64,000 nt of DNA from Eubacteriales bacterium (GCA_045542035.1 JAZQKG010000026.1:2363-66362), one strand, 5' to 3'. Positions 8,491 through 19,286 are shown, counted from the first letter of the stretch. Made by a program: numbers and translations. The notes: generated by a model from the sequence alone, not told the origin.

Positions 8491-10905
8491 TTAGGCGTAT
8501 TTCTTCTCGGGGAGCTTTACGATTCTCGCGACGGCAACCGTCATATCGTCGCGCGTTTTTGAGTTTGCTATTGCCGCTGATAAAATAGAGTCGGCAAAAT
8601 CGCGTATATCCGGCTTTGCGGGTTTATTCAGAAGCTCTAGAAGCCAAGTAGAATCATCGGTTGACTGACTTACACCGTCGGAGAGCATAATAATATAATC
8701 TCCGCATTTAACTTCCACGCGGATGCGCTCCGCGTCGATATTCTTCATAAGTCCGAGAGGCGCCGTTTCCGAGCGGATGCGGAAAATAGAGCCTTCTCTT
8801 TTCACATAGGATGCCGCCGCGCCGCATTTATAGAACACGCCCTCACCGCTTATAAGGTCGAACTCAAAAAGGTCTATACTTGCCGAGCATTCCTCTCCCT
8901 TATTTCTTATTATCTGGTTTAACATATGGAAAGCCGTGCTTTTCGCGCAGGAGGAATTAAGAAGCTTTGAAATAAAATCCGATGCGAAAACAGAGGTTTT
9001 ATGCGCCACGTCTCCGCTGCCCATACCGTCGGATATAAGAGAATAGAAGCGCCCGTCGTCCGTTTCAAAGGATATTGCCGTGTCACCCGATATTTTTTCG
9101 CTGACCGAGCATTTTCCCGCCGTTGCGAACTCGACTGCATACGTGGCAGTTGCAGACACCTCAAAGAGCGCTATGTCGCCTTTTCGGTAATACTCGGGTG
9201 TGCCAAGTCGCACTCCCGCGGCTTCTTCAAGCGCGCGCCTTACCTCAGGCGAGGTTATTATTTTTCCGTCCCTGTCATCCCCCGCGCCTATCAGATGCTT
9301 ACATCTGTCACCGATAACTCTTATAATACCGTTATTCATTCCGGCAGAAATAAAGGCTTCGGTCAGCTTCTCGCTAAGCTGTGTGTCAATGCACCTTTCC
9401 TTTTCGTTTCCGCTGTGCACCTCGCGTATAAGCTTTCCGAGAAGCTCGTATTCCTCCGCAAGTGCTTCCATTTTCTTTTCCTTAAAGCGCTCGGCTTCAA
9501 AATGCCCCGCATAGCTCATTATGCTGTCAAAAAGTTCTGCGGCATTATGGCAATACTTTGGAGATATGCTGATATCATCCGCGAAAAGACGCTCTTTTTT
9601 ATATAATTTATTCGCTATAATGTCAATATTTTCGGCACACGGTGCGGGATTTTCGCTGACACAGTTTTGATAAAAATGACATGAGCGGCAAAAATCAGAA
9701 GCGCACTTTATAACGATATCCTTATATTCCTCATACCCAACGTCTCCCTCGCCCCGTCCGAAATTCCTTAGCGGCTCGCTTATGCCTGAGAGAGCCTCTG
9801 CAAGTCCGTCAATATAGGAATTTGCCGAATTTCTGTAGGCTATTGCCGTCGTGGCAACCATCTCCTTGGCATCCTGATTTCCGTTTTCTACACTTCCCGC
9901 AGCAGCGGCAGGCTCGGACGTGAGCTTTCTTAAAATGGGAAATGACAAAAGCGCTCCCGTCACGTACTCGGGAAAGGTGGAAAGAAATCCGAGAGTTCCC
10001 CCAACGTACGCGCTCCATAAAGAAAGTAACACGCCCCCGCCTATAACGGCATACGGAATACCCGCGCCGAAGAAAATGCCCGCTCCAATCCCCACAAGCG
10101 CAAAGGAAACCGAAAAAACACTTGATATGCCGAGAGAGGAAACAAATCCCACAGCCATTGCTCTGATAGCTCCGAAGCGGCGAGCCACGATAAGAGTTAT
10201 CATAGCCGAAAACATATACGACGGACTTATTCCAAGCACGTTATAATTCCTTAGCGACAGAGATACGAGAAATACAAAGAGAAGAAAAGTTCCCTGAAAG
10301 AGATAAATCCCGAATTTTTCCTTATCGTTTTTTGTTGCTTTGAATATATTTTTTCTGCTTGAAAGAAAATCGGAGAAGCTTATTCCGCTGTCAAGCACCC
10401 CCGAAAAGCAGAATGTAAACACCGCTGAGAGAAGCACCTGCAAAACTCCGTAAAGTATATACTTAAAGACAAAGCCGCCGAGAAGCACCTCGTATGCCGC
10501 TCCGACGAAAGCGCCTATTGTCACCGCGGATATTCTGAGAATAAGCGGCTCAGAAAAAAGCTCCTTTTCACCGCGCTTTTCACCGCCCGATATTATCACC
10601 CTCAAAAAAACTACTATTATTGATATAATTGCGTGTATAACGCCAATTTTTCCGAGCGAGAGAGCGCCCGCAACGCATCCTATAAGAGAAACCCATACTC
10701 CCCTTGGAAGCACTCCGACAAAGGCAACCCCAAGAGGATACGCTCCAAAAACTATATGGCATCTCGCAAAAAGAAAGGATATTATTAAAATAACCGCGTC
10801 ATAGAGCAGAGCCGTAGCATCCCCCCTTCTTTTTTCAATCTCCCCCTTTATCATTAATTCAATGCTATCGAAAAATCCGACGCCTTCAGTTTTTTTGTTT
10901 TCCAT
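8491..10905 (-). CDS. spoIIE: Stage II sporulation protein E (SpoIIE; polytopic membrane PP2C phosphatase)
   Basis: 804 aa. The N-terminal third is about 10 TM helices. The C-terminal PP2C domain carries SGDTAISFE...LISDGMGSG...IMLSDGV motifs. Confidence 0.9.
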   Translation of the reverse strand: MENKKTEGVGFFDSIELMIKGEIEKRRGDATALLYDAVILIISFLFARCHIVFGAYPLGVAFVGVLPRGVWVSLIGCVAGALSLGKIGVIHAIISIIVVFLRVIISGGEKRGEKELFSEPLILRISAVTIGAFVGAAYEVLLGGFVFKYILYGVLQVLLSAVFTFCFSGVLDSGISFSDFLSSRKNIFKATKNDKEKFGIYLFQGTFLLFVFLVSLSLRNYNVLGISPSYMFSAMITLIVARRFGAIRAMAVGFVSSLGISSVFSVSFALVGIGAGIFFGAGIPYAVIGGGVLLSLWSAYVGGTLGFLSTFPEYVTGALLSFPILRKLTSEPAAAAGSVENGNQDAKEMVATTAIAYRNSANSYIDGLAEALSGISEPLRNFGRGEGDVGYEEYKDIVIKCASDFCRSCHFYQNCVSENPAPCAENIDIIANKLYKKERLFADDISISPKYCHNAAELFDSIMSYAGHFEAERFKEKKMEALAEEYELLGKLIREVHSGNEKERCIDTQLSEKLTEAFISAGMNNGIIRVIGDRCKHLIGAGDDRDGKIITSPEVRRALEEAAGVRLGTPEYYRKGDIALFEVSATATYAVEFATAGKCSVSEKISGDTAISFETDDGRFYSLISDGMGSGDVAHKTSVFASDFISKLLNSSCAKSTAFHMLNQIIRNKGEECSASIDLFEFDLISGEGVFYKCGAAASYVKREGSIFRIRSETAPLGLMKNIDAERIRVEVKCGDYIIMLSDGVSQSTDDSTWLLELLNKPAKPDIRDFADSILSAAIANSKTRDDMTVAVARIVKLPEKKYA

Positions 10906-11003
10906 ATATTTTCCCTTTCTGATTGAATTAACTATATTCTATTACCGATATGGGCAAAAAATTTGTCGCAAGAGAAATGACGGAAATTGAAGATTTAAGG
11001 GAT

Positions 11004-11041
11004 AAAAAAAGAGCCCGTCCGCTATTATGGCAGATAGGCTC
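11004..11041 (-). terminator. Intrinsic terminator after the UPF0210 gene
   Basis: GAGCC..GGCTC-based hairpin followed on the minus strand by a 7-T run. Confidence 0.6.
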
Positions 11042-11119
11042 ATAAGTTTAAGTTTTTTATCGGTATTTGCGAAAAGTATTTTGCATATTCAGCGAAAATT
11101 TTCAATATAATTATAGCTT

Positions 11120-12478
11120 TTAATTACGCAGAGAGTGTATCGGCGCGGGAATTCTTCCGCCGCGGTTGATAAAATCGGCGCAGGATTCTTTTTTAAGCGG
11201 CATTATCGGAGCGTAGCCGAGAAGTCCTCCGAATTCCGCAACCTCACCGACGCCCTTACCAAAGACGGGTATAACTCTGACAGCCGTGGTTTTATTGTTA
11301 ACCACGCCTATTGAAATCTCGTCGGCTATTATTCCCGAAATGGTAGTTGCCTCCGTGTCACCGGGTATCGCTATCATATCAAGACCGACCGAGCATACGG
11401 CAGTCATAGCCTCAAGCTTCTCAAGCGTAAGAGTTCCCGCCTTCGTCGCGTCTATCATTCCTCTGTCCTCTGATACGGGGATAAACGCGCCCGAGAGACC
11501 GCCTACGTGGCTTGAAGCCATAACGCCTCCCTTTTTAACCGCATCGTTAAGAAGCGCGAGCGCCGCCGTCGTGCCGTGCGTGCCCGTTCTCTCAAGACCC
11601 ATATTCTCAAGTATCTCGGCAACAGAGTCGCCTGCTGCGGGAGTCGGCGCAAGGGAAAGGTCGACGATACCGTAAGGCGCACCGAGTCTTGATGACGCCT
11701 CAGCGGCTATAAGCTGACCCACTCTCGTTATTTTAAACGCTATCTTTTTAACAGTATCCGCAAGAAGAGAAAAATCGCACGCTCCAGCTTCCTTTATTGC
11801 CGCGGCAACAACTCCGGGGCCGCTGACGCCAACGTTAATTACGCTGTCAGGCTCTCCGATTCCGTGTACCGCACCCGCCATAAACGGATTATCCTCGGGA
11901 ATATTTGCGAAAACTACGAGCTTTGCGCAGCCTATCGAATCGTTATCCCGCGTAAGATAGGCTGTTTTTTTAATTATCTCTCCCATTTCGCGAACGGCAT
12001 CCATATTTATGCCCGCCTTCGTGGTCGCAACGTTTACAGAGGAGCATACGAGGCTCGTCTCGGTAAGCGCTTCGGGAATCGATTCGATAAGGCTTCTCGC
12101 TCCAGCGATTTCACCCTTCTGCACATGCGCGGAGTAACCTCCGATAAAGTTTACTCCAAGCTCCCTTGCCGCCTTTTCAAGAACCTTTGCGAGTCTTACG
12201 AATCCCGAGGGCGAAAGTCCCGAGCCAATATAAGAAATCGGAGTTACCGAAATTCTCTTGTTAACAATCGGTATTCCGTAGGTTCGCTCAAGATCACAGC
12301 ATACGGAAACGAGGTTTTTAGCCGAGCGTGTTATCTTATCGTATATCTTCTCCTCAAGTCTTGCGGGGTCGTCTGATATACAGTCGAAAAGGGAAATTCC
12401 CATTGTGACCGTTCTTATATCGAGATTCTCCTCGCGAATCATTTTTATAGTTTCGAGTATATCCCTTGTATTCAGCAT
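11120..12478 (-). CDS. UPF0210 / DUF711 (PFL-like) family protein
   Basis: 452 aa with the characteristic N-terminus [30 protein letters not shown]. Paired with the ACT protein upstream. Confidence 0.85.
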   Translation of the reverse strand: MLNTRDILETIKMIREENLDIRTVTMGISLFDCISDDPARLEEKIYDKITRSAKNLVSVCCDLERTYGIPIVNKRISVTPISYIGSGLSPSGFVRLAKVLEKAARELGVNFIGGYSAHVQKGEIAGARSLIESIPEALTETSLVCSSVNVATTKAGINMDAVREMGEIIKKTAYLTRDNDSIGCAKLVVFANIPEDNPFMAGAVHGIGEPDSVINVGVSGPGVVAAAIKEAGACDFSLLADTVKKIAFKITRVGQLIAAEASSRLGAPYGIVDLSLAPTPAAGDSVAEILENMGLERTGTHGTTAALALLNDAVKKGGVMASSHVGGLSGAFIPVSEDRGMIDATKAGTLTLEKLEAMTAVCSVGLDMIAIPGDTEATTISGIIADEISIGVVNNKTTAVRVIPVFGKGVGEVAEFGGLLGYAPIMPLKKESCADFINRGGRIPAPIHSLRN

Positions 12479-12479
12479 C

Positions 12480-12749
12480 TTATATTCTGTGCATGGTGTT
12501 GAAAATATCCTCGTGCATTACGCGGATATCAACTCCGTTTGCTCCTCCCGCCTTCGTCATAGAATCCGCAAAAACAGAAAAATCAACGGTCAGCCCTTCA
12601 AGAGAAACCATCATTATCATTGCGAAATATTCGTTTAAAACCGTTTGGCTTATATCTATAATATTAGCGCCGTATTTTGCGCACTCGGCACTTGCCATTG
12701 CGATAATGCCGACCTTATCCCTTCCAGTTACGGTAACAACTGCTTTCAT
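12480..12749 (-). CDS. ACT-domain protein (UPF0237 family)
   Basis: [20 protein letters not shown] fold start. ATG at 12749 preceded by GGAGG (12759-12755). Its stop is 1 nt before the UPF0210 start. Confidence 0.8.
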   Translation of the reverse strand: MKAVVTVTGRDKVGIIAMASAECAKYGANIIDISQTVLNEYFAMIMMVSLEGLTVDFSVFADSMTKAGGANGVDIRVMHEDIFNTMHRI

Positions 12750-12877
12750 AATAACCTCCAAAAGTTAGATATATTATATTTTATCATATATTTTTTTGTT
12801 TGTCCATATGATATTGAAATATTTATTTTATTGTGATAAAATATAGTAGATATTGAATTTAAGGGACGGTTCGGCAT

Positions 12878-13771
12878 ATGAAAAACGGAATTATCATAGT
12901 CAATAAGGAAGAGGGGCTTTCCTCATTTGCCGTTGTTAACCGAATAAAGCGGCTCATGGGAGCAGAAAAAGCGGGACACACGGGAACGCTTGACCCTATG
13001 GCTACGGGTGTTCTTCCAGTTTTGCTTGGCAGGGCCGTTAAGGCAAGCGAATATATGCTCACGTCGGATAAGCACTACGTGGCAAAGCTTATGCTCGGTA
13101 TTACGACGGACACAGAGGATATTACGGGAGAAATTCTTTCGGAATGCGAAACAATCCCTGACGAAAAAGAGGTCCTTGAAGCTATAAATTCAATGCTCGG
13201 GGAATCCGAGCAGATACCCCCGATGTACTCAGCGCTTAAGGTGGACGGAAAAAAGCTTTACGAGCTTGCAAGGCGGGGCGTTGAAATAGAACGGAAGCCG
13301 AGAAAAATTACGGTCTATTCAATAAAAGCAAAAAAGCTTACCGAGCGTGAATACGAAATAGACGTAAAATGCTCAAAAGGAACTTATATACGCACCCTTT
13401 GCGCTGATATAGGCAAAAAACTCGGCACGGGGGGCGTTATGAAAACTCTGATGCGAGCGGAGGCGTCCGGCTTTCAAATCTCCGAAGCTTACACAATCGG
13501 TGAGCTTGAGAAGATGGGTGAGGACGAACGCAACTCGAAAATAATTCCGACAGAAAGAATATTTAAAGAATTAAGAAGCGTTACCCTTCCGCCCTTTTAC
13601 GCAAGGCTTGCAAGGTGCGGAGTTGAAATATATACAAAAAAGATAGGCTTCAGCTCCGATGTCGGTGAGAGTGTCGCGCTATTTGACGAAAAAGGGTTTT
13701 TTGCGCTTGGAGAAGTCAGAGAATTTGAAGCGGGAAAAGCGATAAAGCCAATAAAGCAATTTGATGCCTGA
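12878..13771 (+). CDS. truB: tRNA pseudouridine(55) synthase
   Basis: GHTGTLDPMATGVL catalytic-Asp motif and a PUA-like C-terminus. Confidence 0.9.
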   Translation: MKNGIIIVNKEEGLSSFAVVNRIKRLMGAEKAGHTGTLDPMATGVLPVLLGRAVKASEYMLTSDKHYVAKLMLGITTDTEDITGEILSECETIPDEKEVLEAINSMLGESEQIPPMYSALKVDGKKLYELARRGVEIERKPRKITVYSIKAKKLTEREYEIDVKCSKGTYIRTLCADIGKKLGTGGVMKTLMRAEASGFQISEAYTIGELEKMGEDERNSKIIPTERIFKELRSVTLPPFYARLARCGVEIYTKKIGFSSDVGESVALFDEKGFFALGEVREFEAGKAIKPIKQFDA

Positions 13772-13797
13772 AAACGAAGAAAAAGAAAGGGGTCCCC

Positions 13798-16700
13798 ATG
13801 GCTAAAAGAATATTCACAGCTGAGCAAATGTCGGCTATTGAAACCGAAAATAAAACTCTCCTCGTCTCTGCCGCGGCAGGCTCGGGAAAAACGGCGACCC
13901 TCACCGAGCGCATAATTCACAGGCTGACAAGCATCGAAAATCCCGAGGACATCAGCGGCATGCTAATCGTTACCTTCACGAATGCCGCGGTTGAGGAGCT
14001 TCGTTCCCGTATAGGCGGAGCAATCAGAGAAAAGCTGCTTGAAGAGCCAGAAAATAAAAGACTGGAGCGTCAGCTTTATATGCTGCCTTCGGCAAGGATA
14101 TCTACTATAGACTCCTTCTGCAACGATATTTTAAGAAGCAATGCCGAGCGCTTTGGAATATCTCCGGGATACCGCATAGCAGACCCGATAGAAGCAAAGA
14201 TTCTTGCTAATTCGGTGTGGACGGCTCTGATAGACGCCGCCTACAACGGAGAGCTTACAGACGTCACGTCTCCCGAGGATTTTGAGGAGCTTGCAAGCTG
14301 TCTTACTGCGGTTAAAAACGACTCGGCTCTTGAAGAGATATTCGAGCTGCTTTATGACAGGACGAAAAGCATAGAGGAAGGCTCGGACATTTATTTCAGA
14401 TTTGCCGAAAGACTCAAGGAAAGCGCGGATCTCCCCACCGAAGAAAACATATACGCAAGATATGCGATTAACTGCGCGAAATCTGCGGCGGCTCATTATA
14501 TCGAACTTTACCGCAAGATTGAAAAAGAGCTTTCCGTCGGCTCTGTCGGCGAGGATAAATATCTAACCGTACTTTACGGTGACTTACAGGCATTAAATAA
14601 TATTTTGTCCGCAAAAACCTACGCGGAAATGAAGCTTTCGCTCTCTCACACCTTTAATCCCCTGCCCCGCCTCACAGATAAAACCGACGCTCAGAAGAAA
14701 TTCGCTGCGGCAAGAGACAGTCTGAAGAAAGCTCTCGGGGAAAAAATTCAAGACAGATATTTCGTTTATACCGAAGAGGAATGGGGCGGTCATCTTAGAA
14801 ATCTTGCAAAGCTTATAGGAACTCTTGCAGGATTTATAGACAAATTTGACAAGGTGTATTTTGAAGAGAAGCGCCGGCGCGCGATTCTTGAATACTCTGA
14901 TATCGAGAAACTGACTTATATGAGCCTTTACTCCGAGGACGGAAGTCTTACCGAGCTTGCGCACTCCTTAAAGGAGCAGTTCACCTCTGTTTATATTGAC
15001 GAATACCAGGACGTAAACGCTCTTCAAAACAAGATTTTTGCCGCTATATCAAAAAACTCCAACAGATTTATGGTTGGAGACATCAAGCAATCTATATACG
15101 GATTCAGAAGCGCGAAACCCGAAATTTTCGCGGATATGAAAAACACCTTTCCCCCTCTTGACAAATCAGATTCGGATACCGCGTCTATATTTATGTCTAA
15201 AAATTTCAGATGCGACAGGGGAATTATTGATTTCGTCAACGACATTTTTGACATTATGTTCGGTATCGCGAGGGACAGCATCGGATACGTAAACGAGGAC
15301 AGGCTGGAATACGCGAAAATTCACGCGGACGGAGAACCCGAATATACCGTTCCTGAAATTCATCTTTTCGCAAAGGACTCGGTCGAGGACGCCGAAGGAG
15401 AAAAAAAGGCATCCGACCTTCCGCCCGTGTGGGTTGCAAAAAAAATCAAGGAGCTTCTCGACACTGGCAGGCTTGATTCGGGAGAGCCGGTGACCCCATC
15501 TGATATAGCTATAATTTTAAGAAAAGACGGAGGAAGAAGCGCGAAATACGCCGAGGCGCTTAAGGCAGTCGGAATAAGCGCGGCACTCCCCGAAAACACG
15601 AACTTTTTCTTTAACGCTGAAATTCAGCTAGTACTCTGCCTACTTAACACGATTGACAACCCCTGCCGCGACATATATCTTGCAGGTCTTATGCTTTCCC
15701 CACTCTTTGATTTCACGGCAAGCGAGCTCTATCTGGCGCGAAAATGCTTTAAAGCTCCGTCGCTTTGGAATTCAATTAAGCTTTATTGCGAGGCAAACCC
15801 AAGCTTCACAAAGGGAAGATGCTTCATAAATGAAATTGAGCATTACAGAAGCATCTCCGAGGGAATGAAGGTTGACGCGCTTATTCTCCGCCTTTACAGC
15901 GAGACCGGCATTCTTGCGTTAGCCGCAAGGAACGGGTGCCGCGAAAACCTTATGCTCCTTTACGATTACGCGCGCAAATTTGAAGCGTCATCATTCGAGG
16001 GACTTTATAATTTTATCCATTACGTTAACACGGTTATAAGCTCAGGCGCTGAATTCACCTCAAAAAAAGAGGGTGAAGACAAGGATGCGGTGACTATAAT
16101 CACAGTTCATAAATCAAAGGGTCTTGAATACCCTATCGTCTTTCTTGCCGACGCATCAACGTCCTTGGTTTCGGCAAACGACCGCAGAGCAAGGGTTGCG
16201 TACTCGGATGAGATGGGAATAGGATTCAGAACGAGAACCCCCGGCGGAATTGCGCTCGTTGAAAGCCCGGTATACAATTCGATAATCGATTACAATACCG
16301 AAAAGAGCCTTGAAGAAGAGCTTAGAGTATATTACGTCGCCCTAACGAGAGCACGCGAGCGCCTTTTCATTAACGGCGCTCCCGCATCGGATAAAGAGAG
16401 CTTCACAGAATCGGCAAGCCTTAGAAAAATGCATCTTTCGCCATACAGCCTCAAAGAAATGAAATCATTCACCGATATACTTTTCCTCTCAGACACGAAA
16501 GCCGAGGTTATATGGGAAGATGCGCCGACCAATTCGGAGCAAGAAGAAAATACGGAAAATGCGCCCGAAATTACAGAAACAGAAGACCCGTGCGAAGATA
16601 TTTACGAGCTTCTCACCGAGCGCTTCTCATTTAAATACCCCAATTTGCACCTCACTGAATTGCCGGAAAAAATGTCTATATCCAAAATACACCCCGCGGT

Positions 16701-17355
16701 TCTTGACGGAACCGATGAGGATACGCGGCTCTCGATTGACCCATCAAAAACCAAAGTAATGGAAACAAGCGGTAGTCTTCCCGAGTTTATTTGCGGTTCC
16801 GGAAGCCGCGAAAACGCAAGACGAGGCATAGCGACGCACAATTTCCTGCAGTTCTTTGATATTGAAAGCCTTAAATCCGCAGGCGCAGCAGAGGAGCTTG
16901 TGCGCTTAATAAACGACGGATTTATCTCCAAGGAAAATTCCAAGAGAGTGCGCCTTGATGAGATTCGTCTTTTTGAAAAATCAAAGCTGTTTTCAGAAAT
17001 GCAAAGCGCGGCGAAGCTTTACCGCGAGTTTCGGTTTAACGTTATGCTCCCCGCATCCCTTTTCACACAGAACGAGGAAAAGAAACAAGCCTTGAAGGAT
17101 AGGAAAATACTTCTCCAAGGAGTTATAGACTGTATTATAATTGACACGTACGGAAATATCCATCTTATTGATTATAAAACGGATAGACTCACGAAAGCCG
17201 AGCTTTCTGATAAATCGCTCGCGCAAAGGACACTTGCCGAAAAGCATTCGCTCCAGCTTTACTACTACTCACTCGCTATTGAAAAAATATTTTCTAAACC
17301 TCCCGCATCCCGAAGAGTGTATTCCCTGCCCCTCGGCGACACGGTAGACGTATAA
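13798..17355 (+). CDS. addA: ATP-dependent helicase/nuclease subunit A (AddA/RexA-type UvrD helicase with C-terminal PD-(D/E)XK nuclease)
   Basis: Walker A AAAGSGKT, DEYQDVN, UvrD C-terminal VALTRARE, and C-terminal nuclease GVIDCIIID...LIDYKTD. Confidence 0.85.
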   Translation: MAKRIFTAEQMSAIETENKTLLVSAAAGSGKTATLTERIIHRLTSIENPEDISGMLIVTFTNAAVEELRSRIGGAIREKLLEEPENKRLERQLYMLPSARISTIDSFCNDILRSNAERFGISPGYRIADPIEAKILANSVWTALIDAAYNGELTDVTSPEDFEELASCLTAVKNDSALEEIFELLYDRTKSIEEGSDIYFRFAERLKESADLPTEENIYARYAINCAKSAAAHYIELYRKIEKELSVGSVGEDKYLTVLYGDLQALNNILSAKTYAEMKLSLSHTFNPLPRLTDKTDAQKKFAAARDSLKKALGEKIQDRYFVYTEEEWGGHLRNLAKLIGTLAGFIDKFDKVYFEEKRRRAILEYSDIEKLTYMSLYSEDGSLTELAHSLKEQFTSVYIDEYQDVNALQNKIFAAISKNSNRFMVGDIKQSIYGFRSAKPEIFADMKNTFPPLDKSDSDTASIFMSKNFRCDRGIIDFVNDIFDIMFGIARDSIGYVNEDRLEYAKIHADGEPEYTVPEIHLFAKDSVEDAEGEKKASDLPPVWVAKKIKELLDTGRLDSGEPVTPSDIAIILRKDGGRSAKYAEALKAVGISAALPENTNFFFNAEIQLVLCLLNTIDNPCRDIYLAGLMLSPLFDFTASELYLARKCFKAPSLWNSIKLYCEANPSFTKGRCFINEIEHYRSISEGMKVDALILRLYSETGILALAARNGCRENLMLLYDYARKFEASSFEGLYNFIHYVNTVISSGAEFTSKKEGEDKDAVTIITVHKSKGLEYPIVFLADASTSLVSANDRRARVAYSDEMGIGFRTRTPGGIALVESPVYNSIIDYNTEKSLEEELRVYYVALTRARERLFINGAPASDKESFTESASLRKMHLSPYSLKEMKSFTDILFLSDTKAEVIWEDAPTNSEQEENTENAPEITETEDPCEDIYELLTERFSFKYPNLHLTELPEKMSISKIHPAVLDGTDEDTRLSIDPSKTKVMETSGSLPEFICGSGSRENARRGIATHNFLQFFDIESLKSAGAAEELVRLINDGFISKENSKRVRLDEIRLFEKSKLFSEMQSAAKLYREFRFNVMLPASLFTQNEEKKQALKDRKILLQGVIDCIIIDTYGNIHLIDYKTDRLTKAELSDKSLAQRTLAEKHSLQLYYYSLAIEKIFSKPPASRRVYSLPLGDTVDV

Positions 17356-17415
17356 TGTACTATAACACCCAAATTTAATTACATTTGGCTAATATTAATA
17401 TTTAGAAACAAGAAA

Positions 17416-17452
17416 AGGGTGTGTCTCAAATTTTGCATTTGAGACACACCCT
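17416..17452. terminator. Strong hairpin separating addA from the low-GC island
   Basis: 15-bp perfect stem AGGGTGTGTCTCAAA / TTTGAGACACACCCT with a 7-nt loop. Confidence 0.7.
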
Positions 17453-17462
17453 CTTTCGCATA

Positions 17463-17822
17463 TTATACCTCGGTGTTAATATGAGCTGTTTCTTCATTGC
17501 TTTCTTTCGCATTGTTTATGGTATTCTGCGTAAGAATCGGAACTACAAAGCTAAGCCCAAAGAAGCAAAGTACAAAGTAAAATATACCAGAAGATTTTCT
17601 TCCCGAAATTTCTCCATCTTTAATACCGGTCATATACGCCCAATAGAATGAGTAAATTCCAAGTGTAATAATAGTATACACAACCGCTACAACACCGCTT
17701 GCAGTTTTTGTCTTTGCCAATTCATTTGTATCATTCGTAATGCATATAAACCAATAAATATAATAAATACCAAGTGTTATTATGCAAAAGAATATCGCCA
17801 TAGGCACACTTCTTTTTTTCAT
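17463..17822 (-). CDS. DUF4234-type small multi-pass membrane protein
   Basis: Two copies of the TLGIY..YW hallmark (TLGIYYIYWF, TLGIYSFYWAY) embedded in hydrophobic helices. The start is 15 nt downstream of the patatin gene. Confidence 0.65.
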   Translation of the reverse strand: MKKRSVPMAIFFCIITLGIYYIYWFICITNDTNELAKTKTASGVVAVVYTIITLGIYSFYWAYMTGIKDGEISGRKSSGIFYFVLCFFGLSFVVPILTQNTINNAKESNEETAHINTEV

Positions 17823-17837
17823 AATTTGCCCCCCTTT

Positions 17838-18737
17838 CTAATAAAGTTTTTTGCTACATTTGCGATCATTTCGCAAAGTTTTGCCAATCGTATTAAATAT
17901 AGTTAATAGTCCGTCTGCTGAATCATGCCACTGCCGCTCCGTGTGCTCAGATACAAAAATATCGTTTATTCTTTTTCTCAGACTGTTTCTTGAAATTCCC
18001 GTACCAAATATTTTTTTAGATATTTTAATACCGTATTCTCTTGACGAAATAATCATTTCTTTCACATAATCGTGTGAGAAATCAAAATGACGCTTTTTGA
18101 AATCGTTGTTTATTGAAACATCAATATCCAATATAGGTATATCGGTTTTGAATTCCTTTCTATAATTGTATCGTGGATGAAAGTGCATTACTATTATTAA
18201 ATCAAGCTGTTCCCTTGCGGTAAGAAATTCGCTTTGCATTTTTATCACAGGATACAACGGGATGTTATCTACGGCACCGCCGTCAATAGCTAAACGATGC
18301 TCTATAATTTTAGGCATACCGCAAATAAAAGGAAAATTCACAGCACTCTCAAAATAATTTTTCCAAAACGGGTTATAATGACCGTATATCCAAAAATATT
18401 TCGTTGTTAACAGCGGAATGTATGTTATAGGAAAGCAGATTGGAATATGAGCTTTGTCGTTTAATGAAAAAAATGAGTTCATAGCACTGTGCAAAAGATT
18501 CTTTGAACAAACCTGCCAAAACAAATCGAAACAATTAGATATGTTTATAGATTCGTATATGTCTTGAAGCTCTGATAGCTTATTTGTTGCAAGCGCATAT
18601 GCGGTAAATATACCCATAGATGCACCTGATATGACCTTTATGTTGGAATAAGGAATATATTCGAGAAGTGCTTGAGTAAAACCTATTTGATATGCACATT
18701 TGCTAATCCCACCTGAGTAAACTAACCCGATATTCAA
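17838..18737 (-). CDS. Patatin-like phospholipase
   Basis: Oxyanion motif YSGGISKCAYQIG, nucleophile elbow GASMG, and catalytic Asp in AIDGGAVDNIP. TTG start 2 nt after the upstream stop. Confidence 0.8.
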   Translation of the reverse strand: MNIGLVYSGGISKCAYQIGFTQALLEYIPYSNIKVISGASMGIFTAYALATNKLSELQDIYESINISNCFDLFWQVCSKNLLHSAMNSFFSLNDKAHIPICFPITYIPLLTTKYFWIYGHYNPFWKNYFESAVNFPFICGMPKIIEHRLAIDGGAVDNIPLYPVIKMQSEFLTAREQLDLIIVMHFHPRYNYRKEFKTDIPILDIDVSINNDFKKRHFDFSHDYVKEMIISSREYGIKISKKIFGTGISRNSLRKRINDIFVSEHTERQWHDSADGLLTIFNTIGKTLRNDRKCSKKLY

Positions 18738-18739
18738 AA

Positions 18740-19198
18740 TTAAACAAGCTCTTCCTTTGCTTTATTTACTGCGTCCTTTATTTTATCTACGCCCTTATTA
18801 ACCACTTCTCCTATGCTTTTCGCTTTGTCAAAAGCGGTTCCGAAAATAGCCCTTCCCTTAGCTTCTGATAATTTCATATCCGTTTTTGTTATTTCAGCTA
18901 AAAGCTCCAAAATATATTTGTCTAGCATCTGCTTTGCCCTGTTAAATGCGTCTATACCCTTTACTTTATAAAAACAGTAAACAGAATCTTTTATACCCAT
19001 CATATAATAATCAATATTTTTTTGGTCACTCTCATTAATTAGGTATTCTCCGTTTTCTATACAAAGGCAATATGTGTCTACCATTTTCTTAATATGCTTT
19101 ATTTGCTTTTTTGAATCGGAAAAGTTTTCTAAAAGTTCAGCAAACAAATTAAATTTTTTAAGAATGTTTTTTGTGCTTTCTAAGCTTACCATACTCAT
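18740..19198 (-). CDS. Hypothetical protein, predicted all-helical, no recognised domain
   Basis: First gene of the island operon. I prefer the ATG at 19198 (MSMVSLEST), 8 nt after GGAGG (19211-19207). The track start at 19240 lacks an RBS. The C-terminus is an amphipathic K/D/A-rich segment. Confidence 0.6.
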   Translation of the reverse strand: MSMVSLESTKNILKKFNLFAELLENFSDSKKQIKHIKKMVDTYCLCIENGEYLINESDQKNIDYYMMGIKDSVYCFYKVKGIDAFNRAKQMLDKYILELLAEITKTDMKLSEAKGRAIFGTAFDKAKSIGEVVNKGVDKIKDAVNKAKEELV

Positions 19199-19286
19199 AA
19201 TTGAGTCCTCCAAAGGTGTAATTTTGTTTCTACTTGACATGTTTCAACTAAAGTTATTATAATGCTACAATTAATAGCACTATCCT

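Noticed and set aside
9001-9606. 201-aa plus-strand ORF, plus several 60-110-aa ORFs inside the spoIIE region
   Set aside because: All are antisense to or overlap the 804-aa SpoIIE gene. They are Arg/Ser-rich shadow translations.
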